Assembly: GCA_963737265.1 (NCBI GenBank)
Contig: CAVTRY010000007.1
Coordinates: forward strand, 416,001 to 480,000
Length of the DNA stretch: 64,000 nucleotides
Direction of reading: 5' to 3'
Origin: an uncultured delta proteobacterium
GTDB lineage: Bacteria; Myxococcota_A; Polyangia; Fen-1088
Shown here: positions 53,503 to 63,162 of the stretch, in pieces
Layout: the number at the start of each line of letters is the position of its first letter
Numbering within the stretch: the stretch's first letter is position 1
Position numbers and translations under genes: made by a program
Notes under the pieces: generated by a model
What the model was told of the DNA's origin: nothing
What the model saw: only the letters and a program-made list of their open reading frames with translations
Databases searched by the model: none

Positions 53503-56500
53503 TCAGCACACGCTGGGCACCGCCGGTCCAGGCGCGACGCCCAGCCTGGACCGGACCTCGTCGGCGCCGAGGTCGTGCAGGTCTTCCAGTATCGCCAGGG
53601 CCCGCCGCCACACGGCCTTGGCCATCGCCTTGTTCCCGACCGCGCTGTAGATGTCCCCGAGACGGGCCAGGACCCCGCCCTGCTCGGCCCGGTCCCTGAC
53701 CTCCCGCAGCAGCTTCAGCGCACGGCGGTAGCAGGCGATGGCCTCGGCGTCGTCGCCGACCAGGTGCATGGCGTAGCCCAGATGATCCCAGGCATGGGCC
53801 TCACCGACCAGGTTGCCGACCTCGCGGTGCAGGTCCAGCGCCCGGCGGCAGTGGGCGGCCGCCGCCTGGCCGGAACCGAGCATCGCAAGGTGCCAGCCCA
53901 GGTTCTCCAGCGCATGCGCCTCGCCCGCCCGGTACCCGAGGTCCTGGTAGAGGCTGAGCGCCCGCTCCGCCTGCCGCCGTGCCTTGTCGTGGCGGCCCTG
54001 CCGGTCGAACAGCACCCCGACGGTGAGGTGGTTGCGCGCCTGCCAGGCGGTCGCACCGGCCTCGCCGAACAGCGAACTGGCCCGGAGCAGGTGCGAGCGC
54101 GCGGTGCCGTAACAGCCCACCCGCAGGTTGGCGACGCCGAGGCTAGCGTGGGCATGCGCCTGGCCCAGCCCATCGTCGGCCCGCTCGGCGGCGGCCAGTG
54201 CCGCCCGCCCGAGGGCGGCCAGGTCGTGCCAGTGACCCTCCCGGTTGAGGTAGTCGGTCAGCAAGGCGGGCAACTGCCAGGCGCACGCGTCGTCGCCGGC
54301 GGCCGCAGCGGCGTCGGCGACCGCGAGCAGCACCTGGTGTTCCGCGCTGAACCAGCTCAGCGCCTCGGCGTAGCTAGCGAACTTCTCCGGCACCGCGCCT
54401 GGCTGCGCGGCGCCCAGGGTGACCGCCGGGCGGGCCGGGCAGAGCCGGCGCCCGGCGGCCGCGGCGGTATGCAGATAGTGGTCGCCGAGCCGGCGCCTTG
54501 CCAGCTCGCGCCCGGCCTTGTCCTCGCCCTCGGCGGCCAGTTCGGCGGCGTAGGCGCGAAGCAGGTCGTGGCCGGTGAACCTGCCGGGCACGTGCTCGGT
54601 CAGCAGGTGCGCGTCGGTCAGCTCGGCCAGTGCCCGGCGTGTCTGCGTGCGGCCGGTGCCGCCCAGGCTCGCCGCCGCGGCAACGGTGATGTCCGGGCCG
54701 GGATGCAGGCCGAGCAGCCGGAACATCCGTGCCGCTGGCAGGCTGAGCTGCCGGTAGGACCAGGAGAACACCTCGCGCACGCTGCTGGTGGTGTCCGCGG
54801 TCTCCAGCGCGTCCAGGCGCCCGTCCCCGCCGCCAAGCTCCGCGGACAGAGCGGCCAGCCGGAAACCGGGGCGGGCGGCGGCACGGGCGGCGGCGATCGC
54901 CAGGCCGAGCGGCAGGCCCGCGCACAGCCTGGCGAGGTCCGCCACCGCCTCGGGCTCTGCCTGGGCCCTGGCGGCACCGAGCCGGCGGACGATCAGCTCG
55001 CGGGATTCCGCCTCGGACATCACGTCCAGGGTGAGGATCCGCGCGCCGACCGTGGCGACCAGGCCGTCGAGGCGGGCCCGGCTGGTGATCAGCACGGCAC
55101 ACCGGCCGCTGCCGGGCAGCAGCGGCCGGACCTGGTCGGCGTCCCTGGCGTTGTCCAGCACGACCAGCACCCGCTTGCCGGCCAGGACGCTGCGGTACAG
55201 CGCCGCTTGCGCGTCGGGCGATTCCGGGATCTCAGCAGATGGCACGCCCAGAGCCTGCAGGAAGCCGCGGATCGCCTGCTCTGGCAGGACGGGCCGGGCG
55301 GCCGGGCCGAAGCCCTTGAGGTTGACGTAGAGCTGCCCGTCGGGGAAGTGCCCGGCAGCGCGGTGCGCCCAGACGGTCGCCAGTACGCTCTTCCCGACCC
55401 CGGGTGACCCGACGACCGCCCGGACCTGTGCCTCGCCGCCGGGCCCGGCGGTCTGGCCGGTCAGCTCGTCGAGCCTGGCCAGTTCGGCGGCCCGGTCGAT
55501 GAACTGCGCAGGTGTCGCGGGAAGCTGGCGGGGCACCAGCCACGGCCGCACCGGCAGCAGCGGGAAGGTGCCCGTGTGCTCCTGCCCGTCGGCCGGCCGG
55601 GGCTGGCCGTCAGCCGGCCGGGGCTGGCCGTTGGCCGGCCCGGGCCGCTGGCCGTTCCCCGGCCCGGCCTGGTGACGGTTCGCCGGCACGGGTGCACCGC
55701 CGTCGGCCGCGGCGGCCTGGTGGCCGCCCACCGCGGCGTACGCCCGGCTGCTGGCCGGTGCGGGCTGCTGGCCGCCGGGTGGTGCGGGCTGCTGGCCGCC
55801 CGCCTGCCCGGCACCGGGGAGCGGCCCGGCCAGGCCGACGTCACCGGCGAGGATGCGCTGATGCAGGAGCTGGAGCTCGGCCCCGGGCTCGACGCCCAGT
55901 TCGGCCACGAGACGGCCGCGGATCTGCCGGAACACGGCGAGCGCCTCGGCGCGCTGGCCCGACCGGTACCAGGTAGCCATCAGCATCCCGGCCAGGCGTT
56001 CGTTCAGCGGGTGGCGGGCCAGCGCCGCGGGCAGCTCAGCGGCCGCCTCCCGTTCCCGGCCGCAGCCGAGCATGCAGGCCAGGCGGTCCTGCAGCATGGA
56101 GAGGCGTTCCTCGGCGAGCCCGTGCCGGATCGCCGTGACCCGCTCGGTGTCCGGTGCGTCGGCCAGCGCCGGGCCGTTCCAGAGCGCCAGCGCGGCATCG
56201 AAGAGCGGGATGGCCGCGGCCCCGTCCGCCGCACGGGCTGCGCGGCCCAGCGACCGGGAACGCTCCGCGTCGACCAGGTCCTGGTCGAATTCGAGCAGGT
56301 ACCCGTCTCCGCAGCGGGTCAGCGAAGCACCGGGAAGCGGCTTGAGCAGCTGCCGCAGCCGGGTCATCAGGGCCTGCAGGCTGGCCCGCGCCGACCGGGG
56401 CGGCTCGGCCTCCCAGATGGCGTCAATCAGTTCGGCGACCGGCACGACCTGACCGATCCGCAGCGCCATCAGGCCCAGGACAAGGCGCAGTTGCGGGCTC

Positions 56501-56574
56501 GCTGGCACCTGCCAGCTGTCAGCGGCCCGGAGCCTTACCGGCCCGAGCACCCGCACCACGATGTCGCGCCCCAC
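53503..56574 (-). CDS. AfsR/SARP-type regulator (wHTH-BTAD + NB-ARC + TPR)
   Basis: VRVLGPV, ALALWNGPAL, HPLNER, ELGVEPG, GSPGVGKS, LVVLDNA, LCAGLPL, HDLLRAYA, C-terminal TPRs. Confidence 0.92.
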   Translation of the reverse strand: MGRDIVVRVLGPVRLRAADSWQVPASPQLRLVLGLMALRIGQVVPVAELIDAIWEAEPPRSARASLQALMTRLRQLLKPLPGASLTRCGDGYLLEFDQDLVDAERSRSLGRAARAADGAAAIPLFDAALALWNGPALADAPDTERVTAIRHGLAEERLSMLQDRLACMLGCGREREAAAELPAALARHPLNERLAGMLMATWYRSGQRAEALAVFRQIRGRLVAELGVEPGAELQLLHQRILAGDVGLAGPLPGAGQAGGQQPAPPGGQQPAPASSRAYAAVGGHQAAAADGGAPVPANRHQAGPGNGQRPGPANGQPRPADGQPRPADGQEHTGTFPLLPVRPWLVPRQLPATPAQFIDRAAELARLDELTGQTAGPGGEAQVRAVVGSPGVGKSVLATVWAHRAAGHFPDGQLYVNLKGFGPAARPVLPEQAIRGFLQALGVPSAEIPESPDAQAALYRSVLAGKRVLVVLDNARDADQVRPLLPGSGRCAVLITSRARLDGLVATVGARILTLDVMSEAESRELIVRRLGAARAQAEPEAVADLARLCAGLPLGLAIAAARAAARPGFRLAALSAELGGGDGRLDALETADTTSSVREVFSWSYRQLSLPAARMFRLLGLHPGPDITVAAAASLGGTGRTQTRRALAELTDAHLLTEHVPGRFTGHDLLRAYAAELAAEGEDKAGRELARRRLGDHYLHTAAAAGRRLCPARPAVTLGAAQPGAVPEKFASYAEALSWFSAEHQVLLAVADAAAAAGDDACAWQLPALLTDYLNREGHWHDLAALGRAALAAAERADDGLGQAHAHASLGVANLRVGCYGTARSHLLRASSLFGEAGATAWQARNHLTVGVLFDRQGRHDKARRQAERALSLYQDLGYRAGEAHALENLGWHLAMLGSGQAAAAHCRRALDLHREVGNLVGEAHAWDHLGYAMHLVGDDAEAIACYRRALKLLREVRDRAEQGGVLARLGDIYSAVGNKAMAKAVWRRALAILEDLHDLGADEVRSRLGVAPGPAVPSVC

Positions 56575-56718
56575 AAGCCGCCTCCACGGCACGCCGCTCG
56601 CGTGTCAAGGTCATCTCATTCCCGATGCTAGGCGGTAGCTTTCCGGCATTTCATAACAAAAGCGACACCACCGGGCGAGCCGGCCTCTAACCGAAAGTCA
56701 CTCGTCACGCTCCTGTGA

Positions 56719-56780
56719 CATGCCAGCGCCAAGCGCGGCATCATGCCAGCGCCAAGCGCCCGCCAAGCGGGCCGCAAGGG
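56719..56780. promoter_or_regulatory. Direct-repeat array between the SARP and SBP genes (probable SARP binding site)
   Basis: CATGCCAGCGCCAAGCGC at 56719 and 56742; CGCCAAGCG core at 56727, 56750 and 56761, degenerate at 56772. Confidence 0.6.
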
Positions 56781-56802
56781 CGGGCAGGCAGATTGGCCAG
56801 CT

Positions 56803-58707
56803 ATGAGACGACCCCACGGTGCTAGCCCTGACCCCGCCGCCCCGCCCAACCCGAGCCGGGCCGGGCGCCCGCGGCTGGGCCGCTACCTGTCGGCAACCGC
56901 CGCGGTCGCAGCATTGGCCATCGCCGCGGCCGGTTGCAGCAGTGGCACCAGCAGCAACACGGGCGCCCCCGGCGCGAAGGTTAAGGGCGGCACGGCCGTC
57001 TATGCGCTGCCCCCGTCGACCACGCCGAACTACATCTTCCCGTTCACCAGCTCCGCCTACATCAGCGTGGTCAACGCCGCGTATTTCACCAACCTGATGT
57101 ACCGGCCGCTGTACTGGTTCGGCAACGGGTCGCAGCCGCTGATGAACCCCTCCCTCAGCCTGGCGAACGCGCCGACGTGGTCGGGGAACACCGCGACGAT
57201 CACACTCAAGCACTACGTGTGGTCCGACGGCACCCCGGTCACCACGACCGACGTGATGCTCTGGCTGAACATGCTCAAGGCCGTCGGCCCCACCGACTGG
57301 GGCGCCTACACGGGGTTCCCGAACTCGTTCGTGAAGACCATCAAGGTGGTCAGCCCGACCGAGATCCAGCTGACCACGAACAAGGCGTACTCGCACAACT
57401 GGTTCCTGTACAACGACCTGTCCCAGATCACCCCGATGCCGCCGGCCTGGGACAAGACCGCGTCCGGCACGTCGGACTGCGCGACCAAGGTCGCCGACTG
57501 CGCCGCGGTGTACAAGTACCTCGACAGCCAGTCCAAGGCGCTGACCAGCTACGTGGGCTCGCCGCTGTGGTCGGTTGTGGACGGCCCGTGGAAGCTGTCG
57601 GCATTCAACGCCGACGGCCATGTATCGATGGTCCCCAACCCGAAGTACTCGGGCCCGGTGAAGCCCTCACTGAGCCAGTTCCAGCTCGTGCCCTTCACGA
57701 CCGATGCGGCGGAGTACAACGTGCTGCGGTCGCCCGCGGCTGGCGGGCAGAAGATCGACGTGGGCTACCTGCCGTCGCAGGACGCCCCGGCCAAGCCGGC
57801 CGGGTCCAGCCCGCTCACCGCCGGGCAGAACCCGCTGCAGGGTTACACGCTGTCGCCGCTGTACCCCTGGGGCATCAACTACTTCGTGGTGAACTTCCAG
57901 AGCAGCACCGGCAACGGCCCGATCATCAACCAGCTGTACTTCCGCCAGGCCCTGGCCTACCTGCTCAACCAGGAATCCGTCATCAAGGGCCCGCTGCGCG
58001 GTTACGGCACGCTGACCCAGGGCCCGGTGGGCAACACCCCGGTGACCCACTACCTGTCGCCGCAGCAAAAGGGCGGCCCGATCTTCCCCTACAGCCCGGA
58101 CAAGGCCAAGAGCCTGCTGTCCAGCCACGGCTGGAAGGTCACCCCCAACGGCGTGACCACCTGCACCAACCCGAGCCTGTGCGGCCCGGGCATCAAGCAG
58201 GGCCAGGGCCTGCAGTTCAGCCTGCCCTATGCCTCGGGTACCCAGTGGGAAGCCCAGGAGATGCAGCAGCTGCAGTCCAACGCCTCCCTGGTCGGCATCA
58301 AGATCAACCTGGAGCCCAGGCCGTTCAACCAGGTCACTGCCCTGGCCGCCGGCAACTGCAAGGTTGCCAAGATCCCGTGCAACTGGGACCTGGCCAACTG
58401 GGGCGGCGGCTGGTCGTTCGCTCCCGACTACGCACCGACCGGCGAGACGCTGTTCACCTGCGGCGCCATCGCCAACTCCGGCGGGTACTGCAGCAAGACC
58501 AACGACAACTACATCAACCAGACGCTGACCAGCGACAACCCGCAGGCCATGTACACCTGGCAGAACTACCTGGCGCAGCAGCTCCCGGTGATATTCCAGC
58601 CGAACGGCGTGTACTCGCTGACCGAAGTCGCCAGCAACCTCAAGGGTGCCCTGCCGCAGAGCCCGACGCTCGGCATCAACCCGGAAAACTGGTACTTCAC
58701 GAAGTAA
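56803..58707 (+). CDS. Peptide/oligopeptide ABC substrate-binding lipoprotein (family 5), orphan
   Basis: Lipobox AAAGC, MYRPLY, WSDGTPVT..DV, VDGPWKL, FRQALAY. Confidence 0.88.
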   Translation: MRRPHGASPDPAAPPNPSRAGRPRLGRYLSATAAVAALAIAAAGCSSGTSSNTGAPGAKVKGGTAVYALPPSTTPNYIFPFTSSAYISVVNAAYFTNLMYRPLYWFGNGSQPLMNPSLSLANAPTWSGNTATITLKHYVWSDGTPVTTTDVMLWLNMLKAVGPTDWGAYTGFPNSFVKTIKVVSPTEIQLTTNKAYSHNWFLYNDLSQITPMPPAWDKTASGTSDCATKVADCAAVYKYLDSQSKALTSYVGSPLWSVVDGPWKLSAFNADGHVSMVPNPKYSGPVKPSLSQFQLVPFTTDAAEYNVLRSPAAGGQKIDVGYLPSQDAPAKPAGSSPLTAGQNPLQGYTLSPLYPWGINYFVVNFQSSTGNGPIINQLYFRQALAYLLNQESVIKGPLRGYGTLTQGPVGNTPVTHYLSPQQKGGPIFPYSPDKAKSLLSSHGWKVTPNGVTTCTNPSLCGPGIKQGQGLQFSLPYASGTQWEAQEMQQLQSNASLVGIKINLEPRPFNQVTALAAGNCKVAKIPCNWDLANWGGGWSFAPDYAPTGETLFTCGAIANSGGYCSKTNDNYINQTLTSDNPQAMYTWQNYLAQQLPVIFQPNGVYSLTEVASNLKGALPQSPTLGINPENWYFTK

Positions 58708-59027
58708 CCCAAGGCCAGGATCGGCGCGGACAGCGTGCCTGATCCGGAGGTCCCGGCGGTCTGTGTCGCGGCGGCCGCCGGGGCCTGGGCACGCGGCCGC
58801 CGGGGCCTGGCACGCGCCAGCGTGCCGCCCCGGCGGCCATTTTCCATGTCTCCGGCAGCGCCCTGTCACGATCGGGGCGCTCATCTCGTCCTTGGCGGTG
58901 TCCGTGGGCCATACCGTGTCGCCACCCGGCCCCGAGCGTCGCCGCGGCGTTGGGCCGTGGCACGCTGAGACTCAGACGGCCACCGGGCGCGCCCCGCGCC
59001 CGGCCGGCCCGCGATCATGGAGGCACC

Positions 59028-59729
59028 ATGGACCCGATGCCGGAGGACTGGGACCGCGCCGTGGCGGTTGTCGCGCATCCGGACGACCTGGAGTACGGGA
59101 CCGCCGCGGCGGTCGCCCGCTGGACCAGGCAGGGGCGCCACGTGGCCTACGTGCTGGCCACCGCGGGCGAGGCCGGCATCGAGGGGATGGCCCCGGACGT
59201 GGTCGGGCCGCTGCGCCAGGAAGAGGAGCGCCGCAGCGCGGCCGTGGTCGGCGTGTCCGCCGTGGATTTCCTCGGTCACGCCGACGGGCTGGTGGAGTAC
59301 GGGGTGCCGTTGCGCCGTGACATCGCGACGGCAATCCGGCGGCACCGGCCCGATGTGGTGATCACCATGAGTTTCGACCTCACCTGGGGCGACGAGGGGC
59401 CGGTGAACCACGCCGACCACCGGGCCGTCGGCCTCGCCACGCTGGACGCCGTCCGGGACGCGGACAACTCATGGCTGTTCCCCGACGCGGGGCCGGCCTG
59501 GCATGGGGTCAAGTCGATCTACGTGGCGGCCACCGCCAGCCCCACGCACTTCGTGGACGTCACCGACACCATGGACGCGGGCGTGGCGTCGCTGCGCGAG
59601 CACAAGGCCTACCTCGACGGCCTCGGCGGCGACTTCGACCCGGACGACTTCCTGCGGAAGATGGCGGGTTTCGTCGGCCTGGCCGCGGGCTGCGAGTACG
59701 CCGTGGGCCTGCGCCGTTACCCGGGCTGA
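59028..59729 (+). CDS. PIG-L/LmbE (MshB/Mca-like) Zn deacetylase
   Basis: AHPDD, R..E, HADH motifs; GGAGG RBS. Confidence 0.88.
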   Translation: MDPMPEDWDRAVAVVAHPDDLEYGTAAAVARWTRQGRHVAYVLATAGEAGIEGMAPDVVGPLRQEEERRSAAVVGVSAVDFLGHADGLVEYGVPLRRDIATAIRRHRPDVVITMSFDLTWGDEGPVNHADHRAVGLATLDAVRDADNSWLFPDAGPAWHGVKSIYVAATASPTHFVDVTDTMDAGVASLREHKAYLDGLGGDFDPDDFLRKMAGFVGLAAGCEYAVGLRRYPG

Positions 59730-59757
59730 ACCCAGCCAGCCGTTCCAGGCGGCCGCG

Positions 59758-61236
59758 TCAGGCGACCGGCCAGGTGTGCGCGGGCTCGCCGGTCTGCATC
59801 AGCTTGAGGTACCGCTGGGTCATCTCGCGGAGCGCGGTCTCGCGGTCGAGCCCACTGCGCTCCTCCAGGGCGTGCACCGTCTCCGTCTGCCAGGTCGCCC
59901 CGGTGCGGCCGGACAGGCAGCGTTGTTCGATGACCCCGAGCAGGCGCTCGGCTTCCCCGGAGTCGACACCTCGCTGGCACAAGCCCTCAAAGGACAGCGT
60001 GAGCAGCCTGCGCAGGGTCAGTTCGGCGGCCGGAACCTCGCCGAGGCCGGGCCAGTACAGCCGGGCCTCGATCCCGTTCTTGGCCGCCTCCATCAGGTTG
60101 TCGTGCGCGGCGGCGAAGGACATCCGGGTCCAGATCGGGCGCTCCGCCTCCGCGAGCATGTGGACAAGGCCGTAGTAGAAGGCCGCATTGGCCATGACGT
60201 CGGTGACGGTGGGCCCGGCGGGCAGTACCCGGTTCTCCACCCGCAGATGCGGCTCCCCGCCGGCCACCGCGTAGACGGGCCGGTTCCACCGGTAGACGGT
60301 GCCGTTGTGCAGCGTCAGCTCGGCAAGCTCCGGTATGCCCCCGCCGTCCAGTTCGGCCACCGGGTCCTCGTCCTCGCACAGTGGCAACAGCGCGGGGAAG
60401 TACCGCAGGTTCTCCTCGAACAGGTCGAACACCGAGGTGATCCACCGCTCGCCGAACCACACCCGGGGCCGGACCCCCTGCACCTGCAGCTCCTGCGGGC
60501 GGGTGTCGGTGGCCTGCGCGAACAGCGGGATCCTGGTCTCCTGCCAGAGTTCCCGGCCGAACAGGTAGGGCGAGTTCGCGGCGAGCGCGACCTGCACCCC
60601 GGCCACCGCCTGCGCGGCGTTCCAATAGCTGCCGAACAGTTCCGGGCTGACCTGGAGATGACACTGCACGCTGGTACAGGCGGCCTCGGCCATGATGCTC
60701 GCCGTATGCCTGAGCAGCCGCTCCGGGCCCTCGATGCAGATCTCCATCTCCTCGCCGCGGGCCGCGCAGATCTGCTCGTTGAGCAACTGGTACCGGGGAT
60801 TGGGCGACATGGCCGTCTCGGTGGTGTGCTGCTCACGCAGGCTGGGCAGGATGCCGATCATGGCCAGCCGGACACCTGCCTGGCGCGCCCGCAGGTCAGC
60901 CCAGCTGTACTTGTCCGTCATCAGGCGCTCCATCGCGGCCAGCGCGTCCCCGGCCAGCAGCCGTGGCGCCATGTTGACCTCGATGTTGAAGCGGCCGAGT
61001 TCCGGGCTCCAGTCCGGGTCGTCGATCGCGGCGAGCACCTCGGCGTTCCGCATCGCCGGCGAGCCCGCCTCGTCGACCAGGTTGAACTCGACCTCCAGCC
61101 CCACCTGCTCGGGGCCGTCGGTGAACCGTGACTCCCGCAGCATGCGGGCAAGCACATCCAGGCAACTGCGGACCTTCTCGCGGTACCGGCGCCGGTCGGC
61201 CTGACTGACAACGATTGCGGGAACGTCCCTGCCCAT
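59758..61236 (-). CDS. Glutamate--cysteine ligase GCS2 family protein
   Basis: GLEVEFNL, ELGRFNIE, EAACTSVQCHLQ, ANSPY, HNGTVYRWNRP, LRVENR. Confidence 0.87.
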   Translation of the reverse strand: MGRDVPAIVVSQADRRRYREKVRSCLDVLARMLRESRFTDGPEQVGLEVEFNLVDEAGSPAMRNAEVLAAIDDPDWSPELGRFNIEVNMAPRLLAGDALAAMERLMTDKYSWADLRARQAGVRLAMIGILPSLREQHTTETAMSPNPRYQLLNEQICAARGEEMEICIEGPERLLRHTASIMAEAACTSVQCHLQVSPELFGSYWNAAQAVAGVQVALAANSPYLFGRELWQETRIPLFAQATDTRPQELQVQGVRPRVWFGERWITSVFDLFEENLRYFPALLPLCEDEDPVAELDGGGIPELAELTLHNGTVYRWNRPVYAVAGGEPHLRVENRVLPAGPTVTDVMANAAFYYGLVHMLAEAERPIWTRMSFAAAHDNLMEAAKNGIEARLYWPGLGEVPAAELTLRRLLTLSFEGLCQRGVDSGEAERLLGVIEQRCLSGRTGATWQTETVHALEERSGLDRETALREMTQRYLKLMQTGEPAHTWPVA

Positions 61237-61410
61237 CCGGCCCTCCACCTCCTGACACTGGGGCTGGCCTCTCCAACAGACTGACATGCGCTACTCGTAA
61301 TGAATAGACAGGACATTTCCTGCATAACGGAAAGATGCTGCTAGCTGGGACCGCGAAGAGAGGGTTTACCGGGCGGTCCAGCCGCTGGCGGGGTAGGTCA
61401 TGATGGCCTG

Positions 61411-61887
61411 GTGGACATCTCAGTGGACGCAGTGGTGAGTTACGTTGACCGTGCGGTGGACCAGATGACGGGAATTGTCACCGGGCTCGGCGATGATCTG
61501 GCTAACCGCAAGCCCGCGCTCCCGGGAGCGAATTCGCCCTATGTGATCTTGCGGCATTGCCTTGGCGTCATGGAATTCTGGGGCGGAGAAGTAGTCGCGG
61601 GACGCGAGGTAATTCGAGACCGGCCCGCCGAGTTTCGCGCTCACGGCCCGGTGGGCGACCTGGCCGCCGCTGCGCGGAAGGCGCTGGGCCAGTTCCGCGC
61701 CGACGCGGCCACGGCCGACTTCGCCGGGCCGCCCCGCGGCGGGGCCGGGCATCAGAAGTACCCAGGCGAACTGGAATTCAGCTCGCAGGGGCACGCGCTG
61801 CTGCACGTGCTCGAGGAGGTCACCCAGCACCTGGGGCAGATGGAGCTGACCCGCGACGTGCTGTGCGCCGCCGGTAACCCCGGCTAG
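61411..61887 (+). CDS. DinB/DUF664 family protein (putative thiol S-transferase)
   Basis: NSPYVILRHC, RDRPAEF, HVLEEVTQHLGQMELTRD. Confidence 0.8.
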   Translation: MDISVDAVVSYVDRAVDQMTGIVTGLGDDLANRKPALPGANSPYVILRHCLGVMEFWGGEVVAGREVIRDRPAEFRAHGPVGDLAAAARKALGQFRADAATADFAGPPRGGAGHQKYPGELEFSSQGHALLHVLEEVTQHLGQMELTRDVLCAAGNPG

Positions 61888-63035
61888 AGCACCGAGGCCG
61901 CCCGGCGCACGACCTCTTCCAGCAGCTCAGGTGAGGTGCCCATGTTGAGCCGGGCGAACCCGTGCCCCTCGGCACCGAAGTCCGGCCCGCGGCCAAGCGC
62001 CACGCGGCCCTTCTCCAGGAACACCGCTGCCGGATCGTCGCCCAGGCCCAGGCCGCGGCAGTCCAGCCAGGCCAGGAAGCTGGCCTGCGGCGGCGCATAG
62101 CCTGCCCCGGGCAGGTGCTCGGCGAGCAGGCCGGCCAGCAGCTTCCGGTTCTCGTCGAGCTGACCGAGCACGGCGTCCAGCCACGGCAGCCCCTCGGTGA
62201 ACGCGGCCACCGAGGCGAGCACGCCGAGGTGGCTCGCCAGCAGCGCCTCCCACCGCTCTTCCAGCAGCGTGATGCCCGCCGGGGCGCCCGCCACGGCCAG
62301 GCCGCACTTCAGCCCGGCGATGTTCCAGCCCTTGGTCGCGGACGTGAACGTGAACGTCGTCTCGGCCTGGGTCAGCTCGTGATCGATAGCGAGGAACGGC
62401 ACGAACCGCGCGCCGGCCAGCGCCAGCGGCGCATGGATCTCATCCACAAGCAGCGCGGCACCATGCCGCTGGCAGGCGTCGGCGACCATGGCCAGCTCCG
62501 CTGGCGACCACACGTTGCCGGTCGGGTTGTGCGGGCTGCACAGCAGGTACGCGGCGGCGTCCGGCTCGCTCAGCGCCGCCTCGATCGCATCCGGGTCGAG
62601 TGCGTAGCGGCCGTCGGCGCCGCGGGCCAGCGGGGCGTCGATGAGCCGCCGCCCGTAGAAGCCGAACCGGAACCGGAACGGCGGGTACACCGGCGGGTTG
62701 ACCACGATCCCCGAGCCCGGTGGCGTAATGGCCTGGACCACCTCGGCGAGCCCGGTCATCACGTCCGGGATCGCGAACACGCGGGACGGCTCCACCGTCC
62801 AGCCCAGCCGCTGCGCGGCGAACTGGGCGAACGCGTCGGGAAGCTGCCCGATGTGCGCGTAGCCGCAGTCGCCGATGGCCAGCGCCGAGGTCACCGCCGC
62901 CGTGATCGGCCCGGCCAGGCCGAAGTCCATCTCCGCGACGAACGCAGGCAGCACGTCGGGCGGGTACGCCCGCCACTTGTGGCTCCTGCGCTGCCGCAGT
63001 TCCGTCAACGAGCAGGTGCCAAGCAGCGGGTCCAC
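61884..63035 (-). CDS. MalY/PatB PLP-dependent C-S (cystathionine beta) lyase
   Basis: SHKW, FVAEMDF, CSPHNPTG, DEIH, SATKGWNIAGLK, ARLNMGTS. Confidence 0.9.
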   Translation of the reverse strand: MDPLLGTCSLTELRQRRSHKWRAYPPDVLPAFVAEMDFGLAGPITAAVTSALAIGDCGYAHIGQLPDAFAQFAAQRLGWTVEPSRVFAIPDVMTGLAEVVQAITPPGSGIVVNPPVYPPFRFRFGFYGRRLIDAPLARGADGRYALDPDAIEAALSEPDAAAYLLCSPHNPTGNVWSPAELAMVADACQRHGAALLVDEIHAPLALAGARFVPFLAIDHELTQAETTFTFTSATKGWNIAGLKCGLAVAGAPAGITLLEERWEALLASHLGVLASVAAFTEGLPWLDAVLGQLDENRKLLAGLLAEHLPGAGYAPPQASFLAWLDCRGLGLGDDPAAVFLEKGRVALGRGPDFGAEGHGFARLNMGTSPELLEEVVRRAASVL

Positions 63036-63091
63036 CGACGCATGGTAACCGCTGTGCCCCAGGGCGACGGAAGCGCCCAGGCGCGAATGTG

Positions 63092-63138
63092 GTCGTTGGC
63101 ACTCCACCCACATACTTTGTGGGCGGAGTGCCAACGAC
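63092..63138. repeat. Long palindrome (21-bp arms, 5-nt loop), REP-like or terminator
   Basis: GTCGTTGGCACTCCACCCACA-tactt-TGTGGGCGGAGTGCCAACGAC; one mismatch, a G-U pair on the minus strand. Confidence 0.8.
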
Positions 63139-63162
63139 GACAAACGGGCGGCGGGCGGCGGG

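Noticed and set aside
56704-56719. BldD box (GTCAC-N6-GTGAC)
   Set aside because: The spacer is 6 nt rather than the 5 nt of TNAC-N5-GTNA; too weak to call.
63096-63135. CIRCE/HrcA operator
   Set aside because: The spacer is 22 nt rather than 9, and there is no chaperone gene downstream.
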